Shown here piece by piece: positions 15,721-22,991 of a DNA stretch of 32,000 bases. The translations under genes and the position numbers were made by a program. Location: contig DASQHX010000009.1 of the NCBI GenBank assembly GCA_035631875.1, forward strand, positions 445,185 to 477,184. Reading direction: 5' to 3'. The DNA comes from Nitrosopumilaceae archaeon (GTDB lineage: Archaea > Thermoproteota > Nitrososphaeria > Nitrososphaerales > Nitrosopumilaceae). The notes under the pieces were generated by a model. It made no database searches. It was not told the origin of the DNA and saw only the letters and a list, made by a program, of their open reading frames with translations. How positions within the stretch are numbered: the stretch's first letter is position 1; every line of letters starts with the position of its first letter.

Positions 15721-16985
15721 TTAGTTTTATCTGATAGTCTATAGCGAAGATATACTCTAAACAAAGCAAAAGAGACAACTAGGATTCCAGAGGCAACAAC
15801 ATACGTTATTGTATATCCAAACGAATTTGCAAGCTGTCCAGTACATAAGGCGCCAATAAAAAGACCAACTGTTGTAATTGAGCTATTCACTCCGAGATAT
15901 TTTCCCTCAAAACCTTGGGGTATGCTTTTGAAAAAAATGATTGAAGTTGCAGTACTAAAAATTGAAAAAGCAATAACCATTAAAGAAGCTGAAATAATTG
16001 CTACTGCAAAAGACCCCTGGTCTATTGTTATTGGAATAAACAATCCAGCTATTGCCACTGCAGCTATTCTTGGTACATATGATAATGATATGGAGCGTTC
16101 CTCTCCCATTTTTGATATAAATCGTGGGGCCAAAAAGAAAACTGAGATCATTACTGCAGTTTGAACCATGTAAATCAGAAAGACATCTGAGTTTGAAAAT
16201 CCATAATTTCTTAGAAATGGTGTAAATGCGGTAAAATAGATATTACTACCAAGATAAAATAAAAAGTTAGTAATATAGAAAACGCCTATCTCATCAGTTA
16301 CTCTTCCCTTAAAAATTGTAATTATGTGTTTATAGTCATGCAGCTCTGGAATTTTTGGCAAGTCAACATGGAAATGTGAAAACACATATCGTAAACCATA
16401 GATTGAATGCGCTATACTACTCCTTTCCAAATGGAATTGGGATTCTTTGATTGCCATACTAAGACCCATTGTCGCTACACACGCTGCCGCACATATCAAA
16501 AAATATGGTTTTAAATCAAAATACACACTTCCTATTGCACCAATTATCATGGCACCAAACATGCCAAAAGTTCCAATTATTGAAGTTCTTGCAAATAGCC
16601 ATCTCCATTGATTTTTATGAATAGATTCCATTACAAGTAATTGCGCAACAGGATTTTTGCCTACTATAAAGAAACCCAGTAGAGGAGAAATTACATAAAG
16701 GACATTAATGCTGTTTGTAAAATACATCATAAGACTGCAAAGCATTACAACAAAAAAAGTGACCAAAAGAACTGTGCGCCGTATATGAAATCTATCTATT
16801 ACCTTTCCCCAAAATATGGCACCAAAAGCAGATGCACCATTTTGCATAGCAACAATAATTGCAATTTCACCAATATTTCCTCCAAGAAAAATTACATACA
16901 ATGGGATGACAGTACATAGACCTTGGGTGACAATGTTTGAAGGAAAAAGATACCATATCCACTTACTGTTCTTTGTACTAGACAT
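15717..16985 (-). CDS. Major facilitator superfamily transporter
   Basis: 422 aa with about 12 hydrophobic helices in a 6+6 arrangement around a central loop. 4-nt overlap with the convergent cdvB stop region. Confidence 0.85.
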   Translation of the reverse strand: MSSTKNSKWIWYLFPSNIVTQGLCTVIPLYVIFLGGNIGEIAIIVAMQNGASAFGAIFWGKVIDRFHIRRTVLLVTFFVVMLCSLMMYFTNSINVLYVISPLLGFFIVGKNPVAQLLVMESIHKNQWRWLFARTSIIGTFGMFGAMIIGAIGSVYFDLKPYFLICAAACVATMGLSMAIKESQFHLERSSIAHSIYGLRYVFSHFHVDLPKIPELHDYKHIITIFKGRVTDEIGVFYITNFLFYLGSNIYFTAFTPFLRNYGFSNSDVFLIYMVQTAVMISVFFLAPRFISKMGEERSISLSYVPRIAAVAIAGLFIPITIDQGSFAVAIISASLMVIAFSIFSTATSIIFFKSIPQGFEGKYLGVNSSITTVGLFIGALCTGQLANSFGYTITYVVASGILVVSFALFRVYLRYRLSDKTN

Positions 16986-17103
16986 TGATTTTGATACTCA
17001 CAATGCAGTCCTATTATTGTATAATACATTCTAATAAATTCCATAAATTTGTCGATTTTAATTAAAGCAAAACTAATGGATGGAAAAAATTTAATCATGC
17101 ATG

Positions 17104-17122
17104 AGCGTGTATTGCACACGCC
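17104..17122 (-). terminator. G+C-rich hairpin (GCGTGT-attgc-ACACGC core) downstream of the small basic protein gene
   Basis: 6-7 bp stem read directly. A second stem, GGATC...GATCC (17136-17155), spans the stop codon at 17144-17146. Confidence 0.3.
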
Positions 17123-17143
17123 AAGCGCAAGGTAGGATCTTTT

Positions 17144-17308
17144 TTAGGGATCCATAAGCCTGTCAATGACCTTTGTCATCGTTTCTTGGGAGTCTTTCAT
17201 CCCATAGACCGACTTGTTCCTTTTGTGCGGAAGGGTTTTTCCTTGACCGCGTCGCCTGTTTTCTGCATGATGCCTATCTTGGGAGGATGTTTCCTTTGAT
17301 AGGGACAT
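17144..17308 (-). CDS. Small basic protein (54 aa), hypothetical
   Basis: MSLSKETSSQDRHHAENRRRGQGKTLPHKRNKSVYGMKDSQETMTKVIDRLMDP. The start is taken at the internal ATG, because the listed ORF begins at a TTG 12 codons upstream. The region has visibly higher G+C than its flanks. No domain recognised. Confidence 0.4.
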   Translation of the reverse strand: MSLSKETSSQDRHHAENRRRGQGKTLPHKRNKSVYGMKDSQETMTKVIDRLMDP

Positions 17309-17423
17309 ATAATACGTGATTAAATTATTTAAAGTTTTATGCAAATTTGAGTTTAAAATTTCAAGATTTTTTTAAAATATGTAGTTACTATATCATTATA
17401 CAATTTTTCTTGAAAATTATTCA

Positions 17424-17798
17424 ATGAATACTTTTATGATACACTTGCATACAAATTGCGTGACAAAAGAAATGGATCTTTATCATATGATATACGAATC
17501 AAACTTGGAGAGCAAGCTTGAGCAGATCTTAATTGGATTGACAAAAGATAGCCAATCACCAGAAATTGAAGAAGCGATACGCAAGTTTCTATTGTTCGTA
17601 CAACATGCATCTGAAAATTTTTGGGAAACATTTCACAATGCCAAGACATACCAAGAAAGACTAGAATGTTATTATCAATTCTCTAAAAATCAATGTCTTG
17701 CCGCTGAGGTTTTGATTGGAGATTTGGATTCTATTTCTTCTGAACTTGATATCAAGGATAACCTGAGTTCAATGCTAAAAGAAGGTTTTACTTTCTAG
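17424..17798 (+). CDS. Hypothetical helical protein
   Basis: 124-aa ORF with a TATA-like ctatatcattatac 25-38 nt upstream. No recognisable motif. An alternative start is at Met17. Confidence 0.5.
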   Translation: MNTFMIHLHTNCVTKEMDLYHMIYESNLESKLEQILIGLTKDSQSPEIEEAIRKFLLFVQHASENFWETFHNAKTYQERLECYYQFSKNQCLAAEVLIGDLDSISSELDIKDNLSSMLKEGFTF

Positions 17799-17799
17799 G

Positions 17800-18369
17800 T
17801 TATAGTGAAGATTCAGATTTTGGACGTGATTCCTTAAATTTCTCTATCTTATTGCCTTCTTCATTTACTATACTATCAATAGACATGAGTTTTTCTCGTA
17901 GATTGTTAATCATAGTGCCCACATCATCTGCTTCTTTTTCCACATCTGTTCTTTTTTGTTGTAGTACTTTGATTCCGTGTCTTTCTTCATCAATATACTG
18001 ACCTACCTTGAGTAACTTCTCTTTAAGATTTTTAATATCAACAGATTCATCCTCAATACTCTTCTCAAGTTTTGTACGCTTGTCTTTGAGGTTCTTGATT
18101 AATAGACCAACGTAATCTATTGCCTCTTCAAGTTTTGTTCGCTTATCCATAAGCGATCTTATTCCGATGTCTTCAGTTGGTTGACTCATGCTGAATTGTT
18201 CAATAGATTCCGGTATTTTTACTTGTTCAACGGATTTGTGCTCAATTTTAGGAGATTCTGTCTTTTGAGGCTCATAATGTGCGTCTTCAACCATAACACT
18301 ACTTTCGGGTTCTTTTTCCGAGGAAAATTCATTTAATTTATCACGGTTTTTTTTGAACCTCTCAAACAT
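17800..18369 (-). CDS. Coiled-coil protein with five tandem 21-residue repeats (hypothetical)
   Basis: Start moved to the ATG at 18369 (MFERFKKNRDK), because a TATA-like element sits inside the GTG-initiated extension of the listed ORF. The acidic N-terminal region is followed by repeats DKRTKLEEAIDYVGLLIKNLK / DKRTKLEKSIEDESVDIKNLK / EKLLKVGQYIDEERHGIKVLQ / QKRTDVEKEADDVGTMINNLR / EKLMSIDSIVNEEGNKIEKFK. Confidence 0.65.
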   Translation of the reverse strand: MFERFKKNRDKLNEFSSEKEPESSVMVEDAHYEPQKTESPKIEHKSVEQVKIPESIEQFSMSQPTEDIGIRSLMDKRTKLEEAIDYVGLLIKNLKDKRTKLEKSIEDESVDIKNLKEKLLKVGQYIDEERHGIKVLQQKRTDVEKEADDVGTMINNLREKLMSIDSIVNEEGNKIEKFKESRPKSESSL

Positions 18370-18394
18370 ATTGCTTATCAGTAATGTAATTTGC

Positions 18395-18406
18395 AATATA
18401 TAAAAA
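18395..18406 (-). promoter_or_regulatory. TATA-box-like TTTTTATATATT for the coiled-coil gene
   Basis: The reverse complement of 18395-18406 spans -26 to -37 relative to the ATG at 18369. Confidence 0.4.
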
Positions 18407-18561
18407 GTTAATAGATTCACTCATTAGATACTTGACCTCATTTTCCAAATATTTGATATAATCTCAAATAAATGATTTTTTATAATAACGGTAAAACCCA
18501 AGGTTACAAGAATACTAAATTGATAGATTTTACTAAGTTTGTTTAGATTGTTAAATTGAAT

Positions 18562-18581
18562 ATCTGATCAGATTTTATATG
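18562..18581 (+). promoter_or_regulatory. Perfect 12-bp palindrome ATCTGATCAGAT abutting TATA-like TTTATATG upstream of the TRAM gene
   Basis: Read directly. The palindrome occupies the BRE-proximal position. GGAGGTG (18607-18613) lies 5 nt before the ATG and is complementary to the conserved archaeal 16S 3' end CACCUCC. Confidence 0.35.
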
Positions 18582-18618
18582 GTATGAACTCATGGGAATT
18601 TAGGAAGGAGGTGCAACG

Positions 18619-18981
18619 ATGAGCTATAACGAAGGCGGTTTTGGAGAAAGTTCTGATAACCGAGGCTACGGCGGCGATAGAGGCTACAGCGGCGGTCGAA
18701 GATTTGGCGGCGGTGGTAGACGCTTTGGAGGCGGCGGTAGACGATTTGATGACAGGCCAAAACCAGTAGAAACTGGCAAAGAATACGACGTATCCATAAC
18801 AGAAATTAGTAGAAAGGGAGACGGTATTACAAGAGTAGATGGCTTTGTAATATTTGTCAAAGGTGGACAAATAGGACAAAATGCAAAAATCAAAGTCACT
18901 CAAGTGGGTGGACGATTTGCTACTGCTGAAGTAGTAGGAGAAGGTTCTCCACAACCTGCAGCAGAACCAGCATCTGAATAA
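18619..18981 (+). CDS. TRAM-domain RNA-binding protein with an N-terminal Gly/Arg (RGG-like) repeat region
   Basis: The C-terminal GKEYDVSITEISRKGDGITRVDGFVIFVKGGQIGQNAKIKVTQVGGRFATAEVV is a typical stand-alone TRAM barrel. The N-terminus has GGRRF-GGGGRRF-GGGGRRF (18691-18747). The antisense ORFs are rejected. Confidence 0.85.
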   Translation: MSYNEGGFGESSDNRGYGGDRGYSGGRRFGGGGRRFGGGGRRFDDRPKPVETGKEYDVSITEISRKGDGITRVDGFVIFVKGGQIGQNAKIKVTQVGGRFATAEVVGEGSPQPAAEPASE

Positions 18982-19033
18982 GTGCTGTCCAACTTACCAA
19001 AAACTAATTTTCTTTTCCTAATTTTTCTTATTT

Positions 19034-19417
19034 CTACAAACGTACAGTTTTCTTTTTAATTAATTCCACAATTTCCAGTTTTCTTTTAATGTTAATATTT
19101 GGCTCTATTGTGACATATACTGTTTTTCGCTTTGGATATACTACAATTTGAGTCACTTTTTCACGTTCAATATGAACATAGTTCACAGGTCCTAGGCTTT
19201 TGTCAAATTGCTTTCGTATCTTCCTTCTGAGTGCAACTTGTTTGCAAAAGTGTTCTTCCTCTCTTTGGGTTTTAAGCGAAGTTTTTCCTTCCTTCATAAT
19301 GGCTTCAGATATGTTTCCTTTAAGATCTATTATTGCCGCAAACCTCATTCCAGGATCTATTGATAAGATGTCTTCTACAATAGGAACCAAGTGTGCTTTG
19401 CCGTTGCCATTTTTCAA
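19034..19417 (-). CDS. Hypothetical protein, possibly Roadblock/LC7-like fold
   Basis: 127 aa with a TTG start. The pattern ILSIDPGMRFAAIIDLKGNISEAIMKEG...VNYVHIEREKVTQIVVYP resembles small alpha/beta regulatory modules that I recall as multi-copy families in Nitrosopumilus. Not verified. Confidence 0.5.
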   Translation of the reverse strand: MKNGNGKAHLVPIVEDILSIDPGMRFAAIIDLKGNISEAIMKEGKTSLKTQREEEHFCKQVALRRKIRKQFDKSLGPVNYVHIEREKVTQIVVYPKRKTVYVTIEPNINIKRKLEIVELIKKKTVRL

Positions 19418-19600
19418 GTTATGTCATGTCAGATTTTAAACTCGGTAAATATGTATTGTTTTTAATATATGATCGCTTTCCATATCTTTGTTGAATTTAT
19501 GGCTATAATCAAACTATAGAACATCTAGTACCTAATCACACATGTTTTTGTTTAATTTTGGCGATCTAGTATCTCTATTAACTTCATATTGCTTCTTGTA

Positions 19601-19694
19601 GGCAAGTTGGCTACCCAAAAGAGCCAGAGTCGTTTTGGCGCGTTGGGTTATAATTCCGTAATCGGGGGTTTGAAGCCAAACCTCCATTCTTTTT
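19601..19694 (+). ncRNA. Candidate small RNA ending in a 9-bp hairpin plus T5 run (class unknown)
   Basis: 44 of 85 nt are G/C (counted, 19601-19685). The hairpin GGGGGTTTG-aagc-CAAACCTCC (19664-19685) contains a G-U pair that is A-C on the other strand, followed by T5 at 19690-19694. An upstream stem TTGGCT...AGCCAG is present. TATA-like tctattaacttcatatt lies about 25 nt upstream of 19601. The alternative reading is a 51-codon minus-strand ORF at 19532..19687. Confidence 0.3.
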
Positions 19695-19780
19695 AATTAA
19701 ACACCGCTAGAATCTCTTTAATTTTAGCCGCCCCCGCCACACAAAATGACAATTTTTGGCGATTTCAAACTATGAAACAC

Positions 19781-19802
19781 CCGTTCCGCTAGCCGTTCCG
19801 CT
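19781..19802 (+). promoter_or_regulatory. Exact direct repeat CCGTTCCGCT-ag-CCGTTCCGCT just upstream of the wHTH gene
   Basis: Two identical 10-mers with a 12-nt period, followed by GTGAcattTCAC (19803-19814) and the ATG at 19816. Candidate operator site. Confidence 0.35.
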
Positions 19803-19815
19803 GTGACATTTCACG

Positions 19816-20139
19816 ATGTCCCTGATAAAACATCTATTCTATAGAGATGGCATGTCAAAACAACAATACAGATCGGAAATGGGCATAATTTCCGATATTT
19901 TAGGTGTAACCATGGACGGAGGTACACAAGGCGTAATTGTATCTGCTATCTCTAGACGAGCAAACCTATCACACTATGCAGTGCTCGAAAAGTGTCAAAA
20001 ACTAATTGATGCAGGCCTAGTAGAGTCAATGAAGGACAACAGAAACCGCCTCTTTGTGATTACCGAAAAAGGAATCAGATTCTTCCAAGAATTCCAAAGA
20101 TTCCAGAATATTGTCCAAATGATGAACCTAAGGTATTAA
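19816..20139 (+). CDS. Small winged-helix DNA-binding protein, paralog of 2217..2531
   Basis: 107 aa. The core YRSEMGIISDILGV...ISRRANLSHYAVLEKCQKLIDAGLV...ITEKGIRFFQEF and the C-terminal NLRY are shared with the 2217 gene. A 17-nt identical DNA stretch, tcacactatgcagtgct, is also shared. An alternative start is at Met13 (19852). Confidence 0.8.
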   Translation: MSLIKHLFYRDGMSKQQYRSEMGIISDILGVTMDGGTQGVIVSAISRRANLSHYAVLEKCQKLIDAGLVESMKDNRNRLFVITEKGIRFFQEFQRFQNIVQMMNLRY

Positions 20140-20142
20140 ATT

Positions 20143-21348
20143 ATGGAACAAAGGGCACAGTTGGTCCAAGAAGAGCATGCATTGCCTGAAGGAATGCTTT
20201 TTGTAAGGATCACATATATTCTGTCAACGATGGTAAATGCACCTGTCGTAGCGGTATGCTTTTTCTTAGTAGCGATCTCGTCATTTGCTCAATATTCATT
20301 TAGTTCTAGTTCAACTAAGGTACTTGACTTTACCATTTATGCAGACGGCACTACTCATGTTTTTTATCAAATCAACGTGGATGAACAATCGCCAGATGCT
20401 ACAGTAGATCTGTTTGGAAATACAACTGATAACTTTGTCGCTCAGGATGAAAATGGAACTTTACTTTCCAGTAAAATTAACACAAATTCGGTAACAATCC
20501 AAACACTTGGAGCTTCTTTGGTTAAAATTGATTATGATACAGCTGATCTTGTGACAAAAAGTGGTAAGACATGGACATTTCATGTTGATTCGCCCACCGA
20601 TTTCTCTCTAGCTTTACCAAAAAATACAGTAATTGTTGGAATGAGTACATATCCGCTTAATATGCAAATTGTTGATAATCAATCTCTTATCACTCTTCCA
20701 AGTGGCTCTGCTGACATTAGCTATGTATTTGGAGTTTTGGGTACGAACCAAACTGCTACACTTGCTATAGCAAAAGCTCAAGATTTTATTAACAATATTA
20801 ATTCAGAAGGAATCAAGACACCATTGGCTGCTGCAAAACTTGCAGATGCTAATTCCGCATTCAGTCAAGGCAAGTATTCAAATGCAGAGGTTCTTGCTAA
20901 TGATGCAAAGAACACAGCTTCTCAAGAACAACAAACAGCTCTTTCAAATTCAAAACCAATACCATCAGATAATACTCCAATTTTAATTGGTGGTGGCATT
21001 GCAGGAGCTGTTGCAATATCTGTTGTTTTGATCAAAAGAACAAAAAATAGCAAACCAGTTAAGACAAGCGAACTTTCAAAGAATGATAATTTTGTAGTAC
21101 CAGACAAGGAAACAATTTTTAGACTCAAACCTGAATTGCGCCAAGAGGACAAAGATATCGTGACATTTATCTCTGAAAATGGGGGACAGGCTTATGAAAG
21201 CGAACTACGTAAAAAATTCCTTTTGCCACGAACAACAACTTGGCGTGCAGTAAAACGCCTTGAAAGAGAAGGGATTGTTGAAATAGAAAAAGTAGACCAA
21301 CAAAATCTCATTAAACTACGAAAAATGCAGGGGGAAAATCAAGAATGA
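20143..21348 (+). CDS. Membrane-spanning protein with an extracytoplasmic domain and a cytoplasmic wHTH (COG2512-like architecture)
   Basis: N-terminal hydrophobic segment VVAVCFFLVAISSFA. About 250 aa of beta-rich sequence follows, then an Ala-rich helical region, a single TM (ILIGGGIAGAVAISVVLI), and the wHTH IVTFISENGGQAYESELRKKFLLPRTTTWRAVKRLEREGIVEIEK. It starts 3 nt after the previous stop. An alternative start is at Met30 (20230). Confidence 0.75.
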   Translation: MEQRAQLVQEEHALPEGMLFVRITYILSTMVNAPVVAVCFFLVAISSFAQYSFSSSSTKVLDFTIYADGTTHVFYQINVDEQSPDATVDLFGNTTDNFVAQDENGTLLSSKINTNSVTIQTLGASLVKIDYDTADLVTKSGKTWTFHVDSPTDFSLALPKNTVIVGMSTYPLNMQIVDNQSLITLPSGSADISYVFGVLGTNQTATLAIAKAQDFINNINSEGIKTPLAAAKLADANSAFSQGKYSNAEVLANDAKNTASQEQQTALSNSKPIPSDNTPILIGGGIAGAVAISVVLIKRTKNSKPVKTSELSKNDNFVVPDKETIFRLKPELRQEDKDIVTFISENGGQAYESELRKKFLLPRTTTWRAVKRLEREGIVEIEKVDQQNLIKLRKMQGENQE

Positions 21349-22931
21349 AATCATTAGCATTTGTTTTACTTGTTTTGGTTGGAAGCCTAGTATTGACAAA
21401 TTTACCAGCACCATCTTATGCTGATCCAAACCTTGATGTCCTACTAAGAATTGCAACCCAAGCAAGAGATAATATCAATATCCAATTATCCCAACTTCCA
21501 ACAGTATCTAATGAAATTAACCAACTCTATAAACAAGGCTCAGAAGAAACAGATGCGTTATCGCAATCAGTTTCACAAGCAGATCAAGCTTCCTCTAAGG
21601 AACACTTTCTTTCTGCAATGAAAATATTCAAGGAGGTAAATGATAAGATATCATCTCTTACACCTATTATCACAAGTAAACAATCACCTCAAATTGATAC
21701 GTTACAATTAAGAAGTGAAATCAACAGAATACAAAATCTTGGAAACAATTTAGAGAGAATTGCCGTAACTAATAATGTGGAAATAGATTTCACTAAATTT
21801 AATCAAACAATGCAAGATGCAAGACAAAACCTTGATGCTGCAAATGCCGATCAAGTAAATAAAGATCTTGAAACTGCAAATCAACTCCTCCTTGATGCTC
21901 ATCAACTTCTTGCAGATGCTGCAAAAAAGAAAGAATCAGATCGAGCTAAAGACTTTACAGAAAAACAAATTCAAAGACTAAGTCAGGTAAAAGAAATCAA
22001 TCCAATACAAAATCTAACACAATCATCGACTCCTTTCACTACACCTGTACCTCAAGTCATTAACGAAAGTCAGGTAAAAGAAATCAATCCAATACAAAAT
22101 CTAACACAATCATCGACTCCTTTCACTACACCTATACCTCAAGTCATTAACGAAAGTCAGACAGGAAGTATACCTGGTATGATTGTTCAACTCAAGCAGC
22201 TTGTTTCAGAAGGTAAAATTGACGAAGCACTAAAATTGATAAAATTAATTGAGGCTCTACAAAATCAAAAGACAAGTTTCCAATTGCCACCACCAACTCA
22301 AACACCAAATGCAACACAGCTAGCTAATGTGAATAATCTAAATACTACAGAAATAACGAATCCAGGTAACAACTCAACTGTAACAAAACAGAATAACCAA
22401 ACACAATCAGGGACAGTAAATAATGTAAATAATCCTAATATAACAAATCCAATCAATAACTCAACCACATCAAATCAGGTTACCCCACCATCATCCCATA
22501 CACAAACTCCAATACCTAACACTCTGCCATCTCATACTCAACATACAACAAACTCCACACAGACCGCAACTAGTTCCACAACATCTCCAACTAGTTCTAC
22601 AATATCTCTAACTGTAAATTCAGTTGATTTATCAGGAAATAAAATTGCAGGTATGTGGATTGAACTCCGTGATCCAAGTGATAAAGTATTAAAGAATGGA
22701 TACGCTCCGATATCTTTCTCAGTACCATCTAGTACTCAATATGTTATTTATGCATCAAATTGGCAGAACATTGTCTTTAATCATTGGGATAACGGAAATA
22801 CAAATCAATATAGAACAATTACACCAACACATAGTATGACTTTAACCGTATACTATTCTACAGTCAGTGCAACTCCATCTAAAACAACACATGGCGATCA
22901 CGAGAAACATCATAATAAAGAACAAGATTAA
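21345..22931 (+). CDS. Secreted mosaic surface protein (helical domain, 29-aa duplication, T/N/S/P-rich stalk, C-terminal beta domain)
   Basis: Signal peptide MKSLAFVLLVLVGSLVLTNLPAPSYA. About 130 aa of low-complexity stalk carries many N-x-S/T sequons. The C-terminal ~100 aa is ISLTVNSVDLSGNKIAGMWIELRD...FNHWDNGNT. ATGA overlap with the upstream gene. Confidence 0.75.
   Translation: MKSLAFVLLVLVGSLVLTNLPAPSYADPNLDVLLRIATQARDNINIQLSQLPTVSNEINQLYKQGSEETDALSQSVSQADQASSKEHFLSAMKIFKEVNDKISSLTPIITSKQSPQIDTLQLRSEINRIQNLGNNLERIAVTNNVEIDFTKFNQTMQDARQNLDAANADQVNKDLETANQLLLDAHQLLADAAKKKESDRAKDFTEKQIQRLSQVKEINPIQNLTQSSTPFTTPVPQVINESQVKEINPIQNLTQSSTPFTTPIPQVINESQTGSIPGMIVQLKQLVSEGKIDEALKLIKLIEALQNQKTSFQLPPPTQTPNATQLANVNNLNTTEITNPGNNSTVTKQNNQTQSGTVNNVNNPNITNPINNSTTSNQVTPPSSHTQTPIPNTLPSHTQHTTNSTQTATSSTTSPTSSTISLTVNSVDLSGNKIAGMWIELRDPSDKVLKNGYAPISFSVPSSTQYVIYASNWQNIVFNHWDNGNTNQYRTITPTHSMTLTVYYSTVSATPSKTTHGDHEKHHNKEQD
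21981..22160 (+). repeat. 87-bp in-frame tandem duplication (2 copies plus 6 nt)
   Basis: Copy 1 (21981-22067) and copy 2 (22068-22154) differ at one base (g at 22047 versus a at 22134, Val to Ile). They encode SQVKEINPIQNLTQSSTPFTTP(V/I)PQVINE. Confidence 0.95.
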
Positions 22932-22991
22932 ATCATCATCTACGAAAATTTCTGCTCACAACGTGGTACAAAACTTACATAAACTTCATAT

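Noticed and set aside
18370-18420. The GTG-initiated hydrophobic extension (MNLLTFYILQITLLISN) of the coiled-coil protein, which would make it membrane-anchored.
   Set aside because: The extension contains the TATA-like TTTTTATATATT at the correct distance from the ATG at 18369, so it is more likely promoter than coding sequence.
18568-18954. Minus-strand ORFs (128 aa and 71 aa) overlapping the TRAM gene.
   Set aside because: They are antisense shadows of the Gly/Arg repeat and TRAM barrel. The plus-strand gene has a strong SD, a TATA-like element and a clear domain.
21981-22160. A CRISPR-like or other non-coding repeat array.
   Set aside because: There are only two directly abutting copies with no spacers. 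They are exactly in frame within a long ORF and encode a duplicated 29-aa peptide.
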